The notes beneath the pieces were generated by a model. The model was not told the DNA's origin, searched no databases, and saw nothing but the letters and a program-made list of their open reading frames with translations. The position numbers and the translations under genes are program-made. This document shows, piece by piece, positions 25,754 to 29,015 of a stretch of DNA of 29,015 bases; within the stretch, counting starts at the first letter, position 1; every line of letters begins with the position of its first letter. This DNA comes from Candidatus Heimdallarchaeota archaeon. Lineage in GTDB: Archaea; Asgardarchaeota; Heimdallarchaeia; Hodarchaeales; Hodarchaeaceae. The stretch spans positions 1-29,015 of the forward strand of contig JBHLSH010000052.1 in the NCBI GenBank assembly GCA_048881705.1, in the 5' to 3' direction.

Positions 25754-26878
25754 ATGAATAAAATTACCTATGAGAAACGAGTAAAAAGGTGTAGCCAACA
25801 AATGGCAAAAGAGGGGATTGATGTCTTGTTACTCACCAAACCATCGAATATGCTTTATCTCACTGGAGATGGGCGCCTTTGTGCGTATGTAATGATTTCT
25901 AAAGATAACCAAGTTTCTATCGGCACGCCCAAGACCGATATTGAAGAAGTCACGCAATTAGCACGATTTGATCATATCACGGGCTTTGAAGACGAAGTAG
26001 GGATGATTCATTCGATCGCGGAGTATTTCAAGCAATTTAAAATAGAATCCGGGGTCATGGGATTAGAATATACCTTTTTAACGAAATCGATGATGGGAAT
26101 GATGACTCACCCACATGCGAAGCCTGAAAACGTTACAGTTCAGGATTGTACAAATATTTTATCGCAATTACGTCTTATAAAGGAACCAAAAGAAATTGCC
26201 TTGCTAAGAAGCGCAGCAAAGGTCGCTGATGTTGGTTTAAAGGCTGCAATAGAAGCTGTAAAAATAGGTTTAACTGAGAGTCAGATCGCAGCAGAAGGGG
26301 AATATGCAATGAGACAAGAGGGGGCCGAAGGATTTTGGCGGTCATATGTCGCCTGTGGATCCCGTACAGGCATTGCTCACGGAATTCCTACAAATCGAAG
26401 AATTCAAAAAGGAGACTTGGTGGTGATAGATCTTCATCCGATTGTAGAAAATTATTCTTCAGATGTTTGTCGAATGGTTGCTGTTGATCATGTGTCTAGT
26501 GAGCAGAAAAAAGCTTATAGTGTGTATTTAGATGCTCTAGAAGCAACGATTGCGAAAGCGGTGAAAGGAGTCGGCATGATTGAACTTGAAGACACGCTTC
26601 ATGGTACGATTCGTGATGCTGGATATGGAAAGAATATTTTTGGGCCTCCAATTCATGGAATAGGAATAAATTTCGAAGAAGCTCCTTTGCCACCTGGTCA
26701 TGCCTTCTTCCATGGAGAAAAAGCTCCCCCCCCGCTAGAGAAAAATATTTCAGTAGCAATCGGAAATTGTGGAATCTACAAAGGATCGTGGGGAGTACGG
26801 ATTGAAGACACAGTGGTAATAGGTGAGAACAGCCCAGAAGTCCTTACAAATGCTCCAAGAACTTTGTTTGAGGCGTAA
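25754..26878 (+). CDS. M24 family (Xaa-Pro peptidase-like) protein
   Basis: Creatinase-like N-domain; LRLIKEPKEIALLR, IAHG, VIDL, YSSDVCR, IHGIG, GVRIEDTV; one metal-ligand Glu appears substituted. Confidence 0.92.
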   Translation: MNKITYEKRVKRCSQQMAKEGIDVLLLTKPSNMLYLTGDGRLCAYVMISKDNQVSIGTPKTDIEEVTQLARFDHITGFEDEVGMIHSIAEYFKQFKIESGVMGLEYTFLTKSMMGMMTHPHAKPENVTVQDCTNILSQLRLIKEPKEIALLRSAAKVADVGLKAAIEAVKIGLTESQIAAEGEYAMRQEGAEGFWRSYVACGSRTGIAHGIPTNRRIQKGDLVVIDLHPIVENYSSDVCRMVAVDHVSSEQKKAYSVYLDALEATIAKAVKGVGMIELEDTLHGTIRDAGYGKNIFGPPIHGIGINFEEAPLPPGHAFFHGEKAPPPLEKNISVAIGNCGIYKGSWGVRIEDTVVIGENSPEVLTNAPRTLFEA

Positions 26879-26945
26879 CGGAGAACTACCAATTCCAGAT
26901 GAATGAAATCCTTCAATACGGCCCCCACTATATGATAATCGATAC

Positions 26946-29015
26946 TCAAGGCTTGTCGATGTGTCCCGGGCGAGGTTCGAACAAATGACCCCGCCGTATC
27001 AACTCGTCAATCACTTTTCTTACCTGGGCCCGATCCATACCCTCTTCGAAAGCTTGATCCAAGATATCCTTGATAGAAGCCGGTTCTGCATCTTTGGTCT
27101 TGGCTTCCTCCACTTTTCGATCAATTAGTGCCTCAATACGGTCGAGATTGCGTCGAGAGCGGGCATCGGTATCTGAGGCATATCTATCGATATCGAGTTT
27201 CCCAGTTTCTGTATCACGAGCCAACTTGTCTAAGGAGACCCTCATAAGGTTTACCGCTCCTGCCGCATCATCATACGAAACCACATCACTTAAACGCATT
27301 TTTGCTCGAGCTTCGGATAGTCTAACTAGCGCTTCGAGCTGTCGGGGAGTAATTGCGATAGGAGGAACCCCTTTTTCATCTACTTGCTCACTTTCTTTCC
27401 GGAGTGTCATGTAATACTCCAATAGCCGCTCTTGGGCCTCATCGGAAAGCGTTGGCTTGATTTCACGCCGAGCATACGCAATATATTTCCGGAGCAGAGG
27501 TTGCTCTATTGGTGGCTCTTTAGAGAGAATCTTCGACTTATGTAGGTTGAGAATGTGAGTGGCCTTATCATGATCTTCCTTGAGATCTGGTTTATCTTCC
27601 ATAACAAAAATAAGATCAAACCGTGAAAGAATAGTGGGGGGTAAATTCAGATTATCAGCCGTTGGTTTATATGGATTCCAACGACCTCGACGGGGATTAG
27701 CCGCCGCCAATATGGCTGTCCTTGCGTTTAACGTAGCTACGATGCCTGCTTTAGCTATTGAAATGGAATGTTGTTCCATGGCTTCATGGATTGCCACTCG
27801 GTCATCTGTACGCATTTTATCGAATTCATCGATCATCGCAATGCCGCGATCAGCTAACACCAAGGCTCCCGCCTCCAATGTGATCTCTCCTGTATCTTGA
27901 TCGCGTATCACAGCCGCGGTAAGCCCTGCGGCCGTACTTCCCTTACCAGTCGTGTATAATGCCCTAGGGGCTAATTTAGCTATAAATTTGAGTAGTTGTG
28001 ATTTACCGACGCCGGGATCACCGATCAAAAGGACGTTGGTTTCACCGCGAAGTTTTATCCCATCGGGTGTGGTTTTTTCAGACCCCCCGAACAATAACGA
28101 GGCGATTGCTTCCTTAACGACATCGTGGCCATAAATCGAGGGGGCTAACGAGTTTCGGATCTTTTCAACAATATGGGACGATTTCGATAGATCGATAATC
28201 TCTCTTTCGTCTTCTTCTGAAACATCCACATCGACGTACTCTGCGGTTTCCTTGATAATGGTTACTCCCTGGAAAAACTTGTTGTAAGTGGATAATTGGC
28301 CCCGTTTTAATAGGCGTGATGACCGGGCCTTGAGGATACCTACCACCTCAACGCGATCCCCTGGGCGAGCTATATCCACAAGATCATCGAGGATATGGAT
28401 ACTAATACTCTGGGGTAGTTGGCCAGGGGGTAGTTCTTCGGGTCGTTCTTGTATAGATATCTTCTGCCAATCTATAAAGGTGGATTTTTCGATTTGTAAG
28501 TGCAATGAATTTGTTTTTTGGCATTGATCCTCTTTACATCGATAAGGAGGAATGTAAATCCCTTCAGGAAATTCCGCAATCTGATTGTCCGTTCCGCATG
28601 CTGCACATCGAAAAACCCCACGAATCAAGAGAGGTTTGGCCTCGGTGACACCAATCACAATGCCCTCGAAGCAGGTAAGTCTCCCGAGATGTTCCGTTTT
28701 GAGCGCACGCAGATTAACCTTATCTGTGAGATCAGTGATCCGTACATGCAATTGTTCAGTTTTTTGAACATATATTGGGCTGATTTGATTCAAGAACTCT
28801 TCCAAGACGCTAGAGGCAACCGAGAGGCATACCTCGGGATTTATCAACATTTCTTCGGCCAGCTTAGGGTCGTGATGAAGGAGGTCATCATAGGAAATCA
28901 ATAGGCTTTTTTGACTTTTTCTTTCCATTTCCCCAATTCTTTCATGGTAGTATAAATGACCCTCACGATCTGTGAATTCAGTAATGAAGGTTTCAAACCT
29001 TCCCTTAATGTCAAA
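26946..29015 (-). CDS. mcm: Replicative helicase MCM, 5' end beyond the window
   Basis: Frame is open from 29015 (FDIKGRFETFITEFTDREGHLYYHERIGE) into the listed ORF; Zn finger CAACG...CKEDQC, GDPGVGKSQ, GKGSTAAGLTAAV, IDEFDKM, AAANP, LSRFDL, C-terminal wHTH. Confidence 0.97.
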   Translation of the reverse strand, partial: FDIKGRFETFITEFTDREGHLYYHERIGEMERKSQKSLLISYDDLLHHDPKLAEEMLINPEVCLSVASSVLEEFLNQISPIYVQKTEQLHVRITDLTDKVNLRALKTEHLGRLTCFEGIVIGVTEAKPLLIRGVFRCAACGTDNQIAEFPEGIYIPPYRCKEDQCQKTNSLHLQIEKSTFIDWQKISIQERPEELPPGQLPQSISIHILDDLVDIARPGDRVEVVGILKARSSRLLKRGQLSTYNKFFQGVTIIKETAEYVDVDVSEEDEREIIDLSKSSHIVEKIRNSLAPSIYGHDVVKEAIASLLFGGSEKTTPDGIKLRGETNVLLIGDPGVGKSQLLKFIAKLAPRALYTTGKGSTAAGLTAAVIRDQDTGEITLEAGALVLADRGIAMIDEFDKMRTDDRVAIHEAMEQHSISIAKAGIVATLNARTAILAAANPRRGRWNPYKPTADNLNLPPTILSRFDLIFVMEDKPDLKEDHDKATHILNLHKSKILSKEPPIEQPLLRKYIAYARREIKPTLSDEAQERLLEYYMTLRKESEQVDEKGVPPIAITPRQLEALVRLSEARAKMRLSDVVSYDDAAGAVNLMRVSLDKLARDTETGKLDIDRYASDTDARSRRNLDRIEALIDRKVEEAKTKDAEPASIKDILDQAFEEGMDRAQVRKVIDELIRRGHLFEPRPGHIDKP

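Noticed and set aside
26726-26733. C8 tract in the M24 gene
   Set aside because: Encodes Ala-Pro-Pro-Pro and the downstream frame retains the conserved GVRIED motif; no sign of slippage.
26946-29015. Inteins in mcm (also checked hel308 and lig)
   Set aside because: Motif spacing is uninterrupted and lengths are normal.
1-29015. CRISPR arrays, tRNA/rRNA genes, IS elements, integrases
   Set aside because: No regularly spaced repeats, cloverleaf/T-loop signatures, transposase motifs or terminal inverted repeats seen by eye; tRNAscan-SE and Infernal would be needed to exclude small RNAs formally.

Overview
Archaeal chromosomal segment of about 29 kb, roughly 40% GC by eye, with no rRNA, tRNA, CRISPR array or transposase recognised. 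Archaeal MCM and Hel308, GGTGA/GAGGT ribosome-binding motifs, an Arf/Rag-like small GTPase and a membrane-anchored RING-like protein together suggest an Asgard archaeon (Heimdallarchaeia-like; this is inference). Housekeeping and repair genes: nth, rtcA, ATP-dependent DNA ligase, hel308, mcm (runs off the right edge), rpiA, korAB, enoyl-CoA hydratase, an M24 peptidase, mscL and two orphan amino-DNA methyltransferases. Main leads: (1) a Cys-rich AhpD/CMD-Nif3-ArsR operon and a convergent tusA whose two promoters share a 29-nt element (22/29 identical) built on a TTTCA-N8-TGAAA palindrome; (2) rtcA divergent from a RAD55/KaiC-like ATPase + atypical DNA ligase operon; (3) a non-canonical small GTPase coupled to an unknown DxxGR-motif protein; (4) a tail-anchored C4C4-type RING-like protein; (5) an in-frame chimera of an ABC-ATPase N-terminus and an AAC(3) acetyltransferase C-terminus. 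All family assignments come from motif recognition by eye; no database searches were run.
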